A stretch of DNA of 64,000 nucleotides from Candidatus Falkowbacteria bacterium (GTDB lineage Bacteria; Patescibacteriota; Patescibacteriia; UBA11705; JACRDX01): NCBI GenBank assembly GCA_043798985.1, contig JAZDOE010000003.1:7917-71916 (forward strand), in the 5' to 3' direction. This document shows positions 28,016 to 39,063 of the stretch, piece by piece. A model generated the notes under the pieces. That model saw only the letters and a program-made list of their open reading frames with translations, ran no database searches and was not told the DNA's origin. The position numbers and the translations under genes are program-made. Numbering within the stretch: position 1 is the stretch's first letter; each line of letters starts with the position of its first letter.

Positions 28016-28594
28016 TTGATTAACCCAAAAACTGATTGAGCCGCCGCAGGGACCGGCAAACGGATCGTCTAGAGGATATCCGTATTTTTTTATTTCAAAA
28101 TGCAAATGCGGACCAGTTGATTTTCCGGAATTTCCGGTTTTTCCGATTTTTGCGCCGCACAAAAGCGACTGATACCATGGCACAGTTCCTTTTGTCATAT
28201 GACCATAAATTGTAATTTCGCCAATGCCATCTGTCATGTTGTTTTCGTGATCTATTTTAACGTAATTGCCATAGCCACTGCCGCACGTGCTGGTCCAACT
28301 TCCTTGGTCAGGACAATTGTCATAGCGATAATAAAGTCCGCCTTTTGCCGCGGAATATATTTGCGTTCCTTTCGCCGCAAGAAAATCTGTTCCTTTGTGG
28401 CCATTGTAAGTTAAATTTGCACTGCAATAATAATTTTTCAAGCCGGCCGCTTTATCATTGTCATAGTAGGCGCTGAATACAGCGCCGATTGTTGTATTTA
28501 GCGGCCGGCGGAGTTTTACAAATGCGGCGTTGGTTGTTGAGCAGGCGACGCACATAAGAGCGATCATGATTGTGATGAAAAGTTTGTGGAACAT
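27980..28594 (-). CDS. Secreted M23 family metallopeptidase
   Basis: Signal peptide, HKGTDF, YGH, STGPHLHFE. Confidence 0.9.
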   Translation of the reverse strand: MFHKLFITIMIALMCVACSTTNAAFVKLRRPLNTTIGAVFSAYYDNDKAAGLKNYYCSANLTYNGHKGTDFLAAKGTQIYSAAKGGLYYRYDNCPDQGSWTSTCGSGYGNYVKIDHENNMTDGIGEITIYGHMTKGTVPWYQSLLCGAKIGKTGNSGKSTGPHLHFEIKKYGYPLDDPFAGPCGGSISFWVNQSTGVPTTACAN

Positions 28595-28602
28595 ATAAGT
28601 AT

Positions 28603-29074
28603 AATGTCAAATATCAAATTTCAAATATCAAATCAATGTCAAAATTTTAATTTCAAATGTCAAAATATTATTTTTGTTTTGTTATTGCGGAAAATATTAA
28701 TGTTAATTCATGCGCTTCCTGCCAAAGCTTTCTGCCCGCATCTTTGTTTGTGGGATTTTCTATTGCGATAATATGCAGCCAATACATCGTTTCCTTAGAT
28801 TCTTTTTTGCAGATGCCGAGTTTGTGATAGAAATCTTTTTTGGATTCTGCCCCGTCTGCTTCGGCGTAATTCGCGCCAATGCTCGTTGCCGATCGGATCA
28901 ATTGTTTTGTCATAATTTCATTGGCCGCAGTCTTTACGAGGTTTTTAACAAAATTAATGACATCGCAGCTAAACGCAGTTGTGCGCGAAGCAAGATTATA
29001 TTTTGGTTTGAGCTCAGTATTTGTCATTTGAACTTTGGATTTGATTTGGCATTTGATATTTGAACTTTGAAATT
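28603..29074 (-). mobile_element. Heptamer inverted-repeat element filled with a four-helix-bundle gene
   Basis: Arms 28603-28665 and 29019-29074 are complementary AATNTCA heptamer arrays. Confidence 0.65.
28668..29027 (-). CDS. Four helix bundle protein (23S rRNA IVP/Avd-like family)
   Basis: QLIRSATSIGANYAEA..AESKKDF..K..I..KE..ET.YWL. Confidence 0.92.
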   Translation of the reverse strand: MTNTELKPKYNLASRTTAFSCDVINFVKNLVKTAANEIMTKQLIRSATSIGANYAEADGAESKKDFYHKLGICKKESKETMYWLHIIAIENPTNKDAGRKLWQEAHELTLIFSAITKQK

Positions 29075-30053
29075 ATTGCACGAGGTTTCCATTTACATCA
29101 ACATTAATAATATTTTTCGGGCTGGTGTTTGTTAAAATGCTGATAATTTTTCCATCTTGATTCCATGTTGGCGACTTGCCAAAAGAAATTCGCTGGCTGC
29201 GCAAGATTGAATTTAAATCTGCCGCAAATTCTAATAACCAAATTTCATTGTCCGATTCAAAAATTAGATATTTGCCATTTGGCGACCAGCTAGGTTGCTC
29301 GGTTGGTATTGGCACAGTAGTGTTTGTCACGAATTTTTGGCCAAGGTTTGTTAATTGTTTGCGGTTATTGCTGGTTGTATCAACTATAAAGAACGAAGCA
29401 AGCCCTTCTGGGCTCAAAGAATTAAAAATAATTTTTGTTGCTTTGGGAGAAAAAATCGGCGCAAAGTCTTCAGGGCTGTTTGTTATTTGTCGCTCTTTGT
29501 TGGTTGTAAGGTTAAAAATGAAAATGCCGCGGCTGTTTTCAAAATAATCATTTGATTGCCAATTGTCAGCAAGCTTTTGATACGTTAAAAATTTCTCGTC
29601 AGCGGAAATTGTTGGCGACATTACTTTGTCCGCGATCGTGGCAATGTTTGCGCCATCAAAACTCATGCTGAACAATTTTGCTTCATTTGTTAAATAAAAT
29701 ATTTTTTGCGAACGTAAGGCGATGAGGGCGTCAATAACATTTTTGTCGTTGATAAGTTGTTTGTGAATTGTTGCCTGTTTGTTTATTAACCAAAGATCTC
29801 CACTGCCGATGGCTTCGCTTGCCGTAAGTTGTTCTTTGATTGTTTCCGCGTAGACCGCAAAATCGTCCTGTTGATCATAAAGGCGCGCGGCAATATTTGC
29901 CGCGACTGTTTGCTGATTATCCGCGTTGATTAACATTAGAGAGTTGTTTGCGAGAGAAAAAAGCGCGGCGGCAGACTGTTTGGGCGTAATAAAAAATTGA
30001 ACCGCGAGAATAATGGCGACCGCAAGAAGCAGGGGAAGTAAGATTTTGCGCAT
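29073..30053 (-). CDS. TolB-like beta-propeller protein
   Basis: Signal/TM, PTISADE, PIFSP, PSWSPNG, PTWNQDG. Confidence 0.75.
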   Translation of the reverse strand: MRKILLPLLLAVAIILAVQFFITPKQSAAALFSLANNSLMLINADNQQTVAANIAARLYDQQDDFAVYAETIKEQLTASEAIGSGDLWLINKQATIHKQLINDKNVIDALIALRSQKIFYLTNEAKLFSMSFDGANIATIADKVMSPTISADEKFLTYQKLADNWQSNDYFENSRGIFIFNLTTNKERQITNSPEDFAPIFSPKATKIIFNSLSPEGLASFFIVDTTSNNRKQLTNLGQKFVTNTTVPIPTEQPSWSPNGKYLIFESDNEIWLLEFAADLNSILRSQRISFGKSPTWNQDGKIISILTNTSPKNIINVDVNGNLVQ

Positions 30054-30064
30054 AAGGGCGTGGA

Positions 30065-30143
30065 TAATTTTTAATTTTCCCCAAAGGGGTCCCTTCGGGA
30101 TAATTTTTAATTTTAAATGAATTTTTAAATTCTAATATCTAAC
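30065..30143. repeat. Heptamer arm with 22-nt double-hairpin insert (30079-30100)
   Basis: AATTTTT array interrupted by CCCCAAAGGGGTCCCTTCGGGA. Confidence 0.8.
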
Positions 30144-30494
30144 TTAGAATTTTTTTTGTTCGTTCGTTGTGGCAGTTCTGACTATTTTACTGAATATTAG
30201 CGTTAACTCTTGTGCCTCTTGCCATAATCGGCGCAATGCTTCTTTTTCTTGAGGATAGTACTCTGCAATCATGCGGAGCCAATGTTTCGTTTCCTGCGTT
30301 TCTTTTTTTGCGATGTATATTTTGTTTTTGAAATCTTTTTTCGAACTTGCCCCATTGGCTTCCATATAATTTGCACCGATGCTAGTTGCTGCGCGTATAA
30401 GTTGGATGATCAAAGGTTTAGACAACGGGGAAAGCGCTAGTCGTTTTGAAAACTTAATTATCGCAATGCCAAAATTGGCAGTACGCTCTTCCAA
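30144..30494 (-). CDS. Four helix bundle protein (5' end uncertain)
   Basis: YDLEERT, QLIRAATSIGANYMEA, KKETQETKHWL; no ATG in frame upstream. Confidence 0.85.
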   Translation of the reverse strand: MEERTANFGIAIIKFSKRLALSPLSKPLIIQLIRAATSIGANYMEANGASSKKDFKNKIYIAKKETQETKHWLRMIAEYYPQEKEALRRLWQEAQELTLIFSKIVRTATTNEQKKF

Positions 30495-30649
30495 ATCATA
30501 AATTTTGGTGGTGGTCAGCTCGCGGTCAAGGTGCGGTTTAATTCAAGCATATATCAGGACTCGCCCTATAATTAAATTGAGGGTTGTGGATAAAAGACCC
30601 CTACGAGTTTCATTCATGTCCAATTTGTTGTATACTAACAATGACGTGT

Positions 30650-31354
30650 ATGCCAAAAACAAAAATCAAAAAGAAAATTGAAAATCCCGCATTGGTTGAC
30701 GAAGTGAATTTTGCAAAAGCAGAAGTGAGCTATTTTAAAGGCTTGAGTATTTTTTTGGTGTGCCTATTGGTTTTAATTTTCTTTTCATTCAGTTCTTTGT
30801 TCGCGTTGATGTATTTGGAAACGCGATATATCAGCATTCAGGTTGATGAAGCTGTGACAAGTTTGAAAAGCACAACTGTTGGAAATTGCAGCTGCGATTT
30901 GTGTGAACAAAAGGCCTCGGCTGAAAGTTCGGCGACGCAGGTTGAACAACCATCTGCGGCGATTGATTTTTCCAAATGGATGAATTTTGACAAATATGGT
31001 TTTGAAATTTGGTTTCCAAACACTTGGTCATATCTGGATTTGCCAAACCAAAAGCAGGTGCATTTGTTTGTTGATGGCGTGGTGCGCGAAGAATTGAATG
31101 GCGAGTGGGGTGATGTTGTTGTGTCATTGGCGAGCAAGGATAATTATAAGGATAAATTCGCAAAAGAGGTGATTGATATTGGCGGAACTTATGGGTTTAA
31201 TTATGCGGTGAAAAAGGGGACAAGTGAAAGCGAGGTGATCATCGTCCCCGTTGCAAAAGGTTTTGTTGAGCTGCATATTTATAAGATTCAAAATGGAAAA
31301 ACCATAATTTCGCAGGATATTGTTAGCGCTTTGGTTAGTAAGTTTAGCTTGTAG
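30650..31354 (+). CDS. Hypothetical single-TM protein
   Basis: TM then GFEIWFPNTW (PsbP-like start); TATACT upstream. Confidence 0.65.
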   Translation: MPKTKIKKKIENPALVDEVNFAKAEVSYFKGLSIFLVCLLVLIFFSFSSLFALMYLETRYISIQVDEAVTSLKSTTVGNCSCDLCEQKASAESSATQVEQPSAAIDFSKWMNFDKYGFEIWFPNTWSYLDLPNQKQVHLFVDGVVREELNGEWGDVVVSLASKDNYKDKFAKEVIDIGGTYGFNYAVKKGTSESEVIIVPVAKGFVELHIYKIQNGKTIISQDIVSALVSKFSL

Positions 31355-31445
31355 GCGAGTAGCAGAGTAGCTTGTAGGAAGTTAGGAAAAAGAGTCCAAA
31401 GTTTACTATATCCTGTCTTATTTTAGCTAAGTTTCTTGGGCGCGA

Positions 31446-31474
31446 TTGACTTCGCGCTTTTTATGTGCTATAAT
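31446..31474 (+). promoter_or_regulatory. Sigma70 promoter
   Basis: TTGACT-17-TATAAT with extended TG. Confidence 0.85.
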
Positions 31475-31545
31475 GATTTGTTCTTTGATTTAAGGTCATA
31501 GACAACTGGCTGGGAAAATCCCCTGCCCTTTTCAAGGAGGAAGTT

Positions 31546-32217
31546 ATGAACGAGGAAACCATGAACAAGGCGTTGCGTCAGGTTCGTAGGATTGTTGCGC
31601 GGGAGACGGTGGCAAAGTTCGCGGGTGTTCTCGTGAAGGTTCCGGCGCAGGGCGGACTGCAGTTCATTGAGAAGAGTTTGACCGTTCCGGAGTACTACAA
31701 CTCCGCGATGAGCTGCGCTGTTGGAACAACTGGAGCGGAACACATCAACAGGATGTTCTTCGGACTCATGCCGAGCGAGGACTGCGGTCGCGAACGGCTT
31801 TTCGACATGATCGTGCAGAAGTGGACGCTGGAAGACGGTGAGTGGTACATCCATTTGCTGTTCACCAAGTCCGACCGCAAGATCGCGAAGCACACGTTGT
31901 CATTCCCGCCCAAGTTCAGGGCAGACGCGACAGACATTCAGCTCTCGCACAACGGACTTAGCTTCGTTCGGGTACTGGACGCGGAGACGTTCGTCTCGAC
32001 GTGCGGCGAGTGCGGCAAGCGGATCTACTCCAGCCACGCGCCGAATCCGAAGTTCGCGCGGAACGCGGCCGAGGCGAAGGCTACGGGCAAGGAGCGCTAC
32101 AAGTGCCCGGACTGCTTGCCGAGAGAGCTGCGGGTGCCTGCGCCGCCGAAGACTCGCTTCGAGCGGGATCAGGAGGAACTGCGGCAGGCGCAGTTCAGAG
32201 GAATGCGGCGCGGTTAG
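31546..32217 (+). CDS. GC-rich orphan protein with Zn-ribbon-like CxxC...CxxC
   Basis: AAGGAGG SD; TCGECG...YKCPDC. Confidence 0.75.
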   Translation: MNEETMNKALRQVRRIVARETVAKFAGVLVKVPAQGGLQFIEKSLTVPEYYNSAMSCAVGTTGAEHINRMFFGLMPSEDCGRERLFDMIVQKWTLEDGEWYIHLLFTKSDRKIAKHTLSFPPKFRADATDIQLSHNGLSFVRVLDAETFVSTCGECGKRIYSSHAPNPKFARNAAEAKATGKERYKCPDCLPRELRVPAPPKTRFERDQEELRQAQFRGMRRG

Positions 32218-32227
32218 TCTGCGCCAT

Positions 32228-32263
32228 CCCCCTCACTACAACGTAGTGGGGGGTGATTTTTTT
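32228..32263 (+). terminator. Terminator, same family as 15715-15748
   Basis: CCCCCTCACTAC-AAC-GTAGTGGGGGG + T run. Confidence 0.8.
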
Positions 32264-32303
32264 GTTGTTATCTTGAATTGGACGTGATAAAATATAAACA
32301 AAT

Positions 32304-33104
32304 ATGGTCGTGATTTATTATATTATTGTTTTTGTTTTCGGATTGTGCGTGGGTAGTTTTTTGAATGTTGTAATTGAGCGCACTTTGCGCGACGAATCAA
32401 TTGTTTTTCGCGCGTCACATTGCCTGATGTGTGATAAAAAAATCAAGTGGTATGACCTTTGTCCATTGATAAGCTATTTATTCTTAAGATGCAAATGCCG
32501 GCAGTGCGGCGCGAAAATTTCTTTACAATATCCATTGGTTGAATTATTCACCGGACTTTTTGCAATGCTGTGCGTTTATGGATATCTTGGTTCATTTTCA
32601 ACGTTATTGAACAACGAAGTTTTTTGGCTGCTGAATTTTTTCATTTGCTGTGTGTTAGTGGTTATTTTCACGTCAGATATTCGCTATTATCTAATTCTTG
32701 ATGAAGTAATGATTCCCGGAATTTTTTTCGTGTTTTTTGTCAAATTGTGGCTGGGCTATGAAAACAACATATTGTTGCACGAATTAAAATATTTGTTGGT
32801 TTCCGGCGCGATCGGATTCTTGTTCTTTGGCGTGCAATATTGGTTGTCCAGCGGAAAATGGATTGGCGGAGGTGACATGCGCTTGGGCGCGTTCATGGGC
32901 GTGGCATTGGGCTGGCAAAAATTGCTGGCAGCTTTGGCAATCGGCTATATTATCGGCGCGATTGTGGCAGTAATATTGTTGCTAAAAAAACAGACGTCGT
33001 GGAAAAGCAAATTGCCGCTGGGCGTTTTTTTGTCATCAAGCTCAATAATCGCACTGTTTTGGGGAGAGAAAATTATTGAATGGTATTTGACAATATTGAA
33101 ATAA
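32304..33104 (+). CDS. pilD: Prepilin peptidase (A24)
   Basis: GSFLNVVI.R, SHCxxC, CRxC, YPLVE, GGGDMRL. Confidence 0.95.
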   Translation: MVVIYYIIVFVFGLCVGSFLNVVIERTLRDESIVFRASHCLMCDKKIKWYDLCPLISYLFLRCKCRQCGAKISLQYPLVELFTGLFAMLCVYGYLGSFSTLLNNEVFWLLNFFICCVLVVIFTSDIRYYLILDEVMIPGIFFVFFVKLWLGYENNILLHELKYLLVSGAIGFLFFGVQYWLSSGKWIGGGDMRLGAFMGVALGWQKLLAALAIGYIIGAIVAVILLLKKQTSWKSKLPLGVFLSSSSIIALFWGEKIIEWYLTILK

Positions 33105-33217
33105 TTTTGAATTTCGAATTTTTAATTTTGAATCAAGGTTTAATGTCTGAATGTTTGAATGTTTCAAAATTCAGATTTTAAAATTCAATCAAAATTCGAG
33201 CTTCAAAATTCAAAATT
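33103..33217. repeat. Heptamer inverted-repeat element (family B, empty)
   Basis: AATTTTG/AATTTCG x4, AATC break ... CAAAATT arrays. Confidence 0.8.
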
Positions 33218-33223
33218 TTAACT

Positions 33224-33727
33224 ATGTCTCGTGGATTTACAATTATTGAATTGTTGGTTTCAATGGCGATTATTGTTGTATTAACAACAATGGTGACGAT
33301 CGCGTTTGGTTATAATCAACAACATAAAGTGTTGGTCGCGAATGGCCAGGGTTTTTTGAATGTTTTGAAAGAAACGCAAACAAAAGCCTTGTCAGGCATT
33401 AAAGATCCTGCCACAAAAATTATGCCGGCTGGCGGATATGGAGTGCGCATTAACGCGACTCAATATTTTGTGTTCGCGGATAGCAATTCTAACGCGAAGC
33501 TGGACATTGGCGAAACATTGGCGACTGGTAATCTTGAAAAAAACATTCAGTTCAAAGTTCCGCAAAGCGACATTGTTTTTTTGCCATACAAAACAATTGA
33601 TTCGGTTTGTTGGAATACTGTGTGCGCTGATGCTGTTGTCAAGATTATTTCACTTGAACAAACGCAGACAAAAGAAACATATTCAATTTATTTGGATCAA
33701 AAAATCGGAAAAATTTGGGCGGAATAG
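33224..33727 (+). CDS. Type IV pilin-like protein
   Basis: Class III signal RGFTIIELLV. Confidence 0.88.
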   Translation: MSRGFTIIELLVSMAIIVVLTTMVTIAFGYNQQHKVLVANGQGFLNVLKETQTKALSGIKDPATKIMPAGGYGVRINATQYFVFADSNSNAKLDIGETLATGNLEKNIQFKVPQSDIVFLPYKTIDSVCWNTVCADAVVKIISLEQTQTKETYSIYLDQKIGKIWAE

Positions 33728-33733
33728 GTCTGT

Positions 33734-33775
33734 TGCGAAGGGATTCCTCACCCTTTTCAAGGGTTCGGAATGACA
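33734..33775. repeat. Half copy of the 25920-26009 element
   Basis: TGCGAAGGGATTCCTCACCCTTTTCAAGGGTTCGGAATGACA, 2 mismatches to 25968-26009. Confidence 0.8.
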
Positions 33776-33798
33776 TGCACAGCGATTCATGCGTAATT

Positions 33799-34383
33799 AT
33801 GAATAATCAAAAAGGCCAGACAATTATTGAGGCAGTTGTGGCAATCGCAGTGATCAGCTTGGCGATGCTGGGCTTTTTGTCGCAGGCAACGAGCAATTTT
33901 GTGATGGGCCGAACGAGTGAAAATCATTTTATCGCGTATAATTTGGCGAGCGAGGCGATTGAAGTAAGCCGAAACGTGCGCGATTCAAATTGGCTAAAAG
34001 GTTGTATTGATCCGGCTGTTCCTGCGAAATGTTTTTTGTGGAATAGCGGGCTGGCAAATGGTACTGATTATTCGGCTGTGTTGAATTTTAACGCAACAAC
34101 CGGCAATTGGTTATTGGATTTCTCGCCAAAAGATTTAGCAACGTGCGGAGGGGCGTGTTTGGCTGGCGACAAAACAAAATTTTCGCGCATGGTTTTTTTA
34201 CAACCTGTTTGCAAAGACAAATTTGATTGCCTTGCCGATGGCGGGGTAAACGGGATTTGCGGTGATGGAGAAAAGTGCGCTGGCGAGCAAATTGGAATTA
34301 AAGTGACAGCACAAGTTGGCTGGAGCGAGGCAAGCGGGCTGAAAACGTACGAAGCAACGGAATATTTGTATAATTGGAAGTAG
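33799..34383 (+). CDS. Minor pilin (PilV-like)
   Basis: KGQTIIEAVV; AYNLASEAIE..RNVRDSNW. Confidence 0.82.
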   Translation: MNNQKGQTIIEAVVAIAVISLAMLGFLSQATSNFVMGRTSENHFIAYNLASEAIEVSRNVRDSNWLKGCIDPAVPAKCFLWNSGLANGTDYSAVLNFNATTGNWLLDFSPKDLATCGGACLAGDKTKFSRMVFLQPVCKDKFDCLADGGVNGICGDGEKCAGEQIGIKVTAQVGWSEASGLKTYEATEYLYNWK

Positions 34384-34385
34384 AA

Positions 34386-34453
34386 AATTTTGAATTTCTA
34401 ATTTTGAATTTTGATTGAATGTTGAATGATTGAATGTTTTAAAATTCGAAATT
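34386..34453. repeat. Heptamer arm, inverted copy of 35086-35146
   Basis: 34400-34439 is the exact reverse complement of 35093-35132. Confidence 0.85.
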
Positions 34454-34463
34454 GACAATAGGT

Positions 34464-35039
34464 ATGGTTGACTCAACGGGACAGCGTGGGTTTTCTTTAA
34501 TAGAATTGCTCGTGGCAATGGCGGTTTTTTTGACTGTTTTGTTGGTTGCCACTGATATTTTTGTTTCTGTTTCTCGGCGCGAGCAACAAACACTTATACA
34601 ACAGCGAGCGCTGAACGAGTTGCGCTATGACCTTTACTTTTTAACGCAACAAGCAAAAATCAATCAGATAAATTATGAAATGTATCCGGAAAAGTTAAAC
34701 ATTGTTGAAACACAATTGTTTTTGCAGGATAAAAATGAAAAAGTGATAATTTTCAAATTATCTGACCAAAGTTGCGTTGCCGGCGTGAAAAAATGTTTGC
34801 TTTATTTTAAGGAGGGCGTTGGCTGGAAAACTTTGTCGTCAACCGCAGTTGATTTTGATTTTATGAAATTTTACATAACGCCAAATAAAAATCCGTTTGA
34901 TTTGGACAAGACGACTGGAAAGTACGCGGCAGATGATCAGCCGAAGGTGACAATTGTTGCGCAGGCGTTTGCGCCGGGCCAGCCGGACAGAAAAATAAAT
35001 TTACAGACAACCATAAGCGGGAGGATATATGGGAGATAA
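34464..35039 (+). CDS. Minor pilin (PilW-like)
   Basis: RGFSLIELLVAM; C-terminal QPKVTI..LQTTISGR. Confidence 0.85.
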   Translation: MVDSTGQRGFSLIELLVAMAVFLTVLLVATDIFVSVSRREQQTLIQQRALNELRYDLYFLTQQAKINQINYEMYPEKLNIVETQLFLQDKNEKVIIFKLSDQSCVAGVKKCLLYFKEGVGWKTLSSTAVDFDFMKFYITPNKNPFDLDKTTGKYAADDQPKVTIVAQAFAPGQPDRKINLQTTISGRIYGR

Positions 35040-35146
35040 ATTTTGAATTTTGAATTTCGAATTTTGAATCAAATCTGAATGTTTTAATTTTGAAACATTC
35101 AATCATTCAACATTCAATCAAAATTCAAAATTCTAATTTCAAAATT
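35039..35146. repeat. Heptamer inverted-repeat element (family B)
   Basis: AATTTTG AATTTTG AATTTCG AATTTTG AATC ... CAAAATT. Confidence 0.8.
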
Positions 35147-35153
35147 ATTTAAT

Positions 35154-35891
35154 ATGTCTGATCAGCAAGGAAATGTCTTGGTTTATACAGTGCTCGCGGT
35201 CGCGGCAATCTTGAGTACTATTTTGATTGTGTCAAATTTGATGATTGGCGAAATTCGGCAAGCTGGAAATTTTGACAACATGATTAAAGCAACGTACGCG
35301 GCTGAAAGCGGGGCAGAATGGGGAATTTTTAATTTGCGCAAAAATAATATTATGATTGAGAGCGATTGCGACATGCCAGACGTTGATTGTTATGCTGGAG
35401 TAGATGAAACTGGCGTGAAAAAATTGCAATCTGATTTGCCGCAAAACCAGACATTGCAAATTGATTTGTATAATCCGATAAAATTGAACAAGGCTTCTGG
35501 CGTTGAGTCAATGAAAATTGGTTGGTTGGGCGCTGGCTGGGTTGAAGTGACATTGGTTGAATGGCAGGCCGGCAGCCAGGTTGTTTGGAATGACAATGCA
35601 ATGCAAAAATTTTTGTTTAACGCGCCGGCCGTTTTAAATGTTTTTAATAAAAGTAAAAATTATATTGTCCGATTAAAATCTTTAAACGCGCCATTGGCCG
35701 CGTTGTCCGTTGAAATTTTTTCTGGTGACAACGCGGCGGGCGCAGCCCTGCCGTTCCCTCAATTTGTGCGTGTGACTGCCGAGGGAACGGCCAATGGCGC
35801 GTCGCAAATTATCAATGTTGATTTGCCGAAAAAATCCCCGCTCATGGGTTTATTTGATTACGCGTTGTTTAGCGAGGAGGATATTATAAAG

Positions 35892-35894
<3 letters not shown>
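35154..35894 (+). CDS. PilX-like minor pilin
   Basis: QGNVLV hydrophobic N-terminus, ATYAAESGAE. Confidence 0.8.
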
Positions 35895-38350
<2,456 letters not shown>

Positions 38351-38465
38351 AAGCTTGAATATAAAAGAAAAAACACCGCCTAAGGACGAGCCAGAAGAGG
38401 TGCTTTTTCGTGTGGATTACATTTATAGTATAGCAAGTCAGTAGAATAAGTCAATATTTATCCAC

Positions 38466-38870
38466 ATGGCGAATATTATGACAAAAGATGAAGTGATTAT
38501 TCAAAAGTACAAAAGCGAAAATCCATGGGGAATGAGCGTTTGCGTGGATTTAAAAGAATGTAATTTCGCGACAATGACAAACGCGGAAAAAATAAAGCAG
38601 TTTGTCATTGAAATTTGTGATTTGATAAAAGTGACAAAATTTGGGGAGCCGGTAATTGTGAATTTTGGTGAAAATGCTCGCGTTTTTGGTTTTTCAATGA
38701 CGCAATTGATTGAAACATCTTTGGTGTCAGGACATTTCGCGAATGAAAGCCGCGCGATTTATTTGGATATTTTCAGTTGCAAGGAATATTCGCCGTACGC
38801 GGCAGCTGAATTTTGCAAAAAGTTTTTTGAGGCAAAATCAATGGTAATAAAAATCAATTTTAGATATTAA
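38466..38870 (+). CDS. Pyruvoyl-dependent decarboxylase of SpeD/AdoMetDC fold
   Basis: VDLKEC, QLIETSLVSGHF, YLDIFSCK. Confidence 0.8.
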   Translation: MANIMTKDEVIIQKYKSENPWGMSVCVDLKECNFATMTNAEKIKQFVIEICDLIKVTKFGEPVIVNFGENARVFGFSMTQLIETSLVSGHFANESRAIYLDIFSCKEYSPYAAAEFCKKFFEAKSMVIKINFRY

Positions 38871-38873
38871 TAT

Positions 38874-38901
38874 GTAGAGACGAGATATATCTCGTCTCTA
38901 C
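38874..38901. repeat. GTAG-type REP palindrome
   Basis: GTAGAGACGAGATATATCTCGTCTCTAC, perfect 28-nt palindrome. Confidence 0.9.
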
Positions 38902-38984
38902 CGTATATATAAAACATTTTTGTTTTGCCGCAAAATTGAGGGTTGTGGATATTCATGCCCCTCAATTTTATTTTTCTAATTTTA

Positions 38985-39063
38985 TTGACAGAATATTTTC
39001 AAAATAGTAAAGTGAATTGTTCAGAAGTTGCTTGACAATTTGGCTGACAAATGGAGGTGGCGC
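38985..39063 (+). promoter_or_regulatory. Promoter + conserved leader + SD
   Basis: TTGACA-17-TAAAGT, GAATTGTTCAG..CTTGACAATTT..TGGAGGTG; paralogous to 39819-39897. Confidence 0.8.

Noticed and set aside
129-35146. Heptamer arrays as CRISPR
   Set aside because: No constant repeat with unique spacers and no cas genes
35733-35752. GC hairpin in the pilX-like gene
   Set aside because: Matches no other insert family and is explained by Ala/Gly codons
38400-38960. oriC from DnaA boxes
   Set aside because: Only scattered boxes, no dnaA/dnaN, no dense cluster or unwinding element
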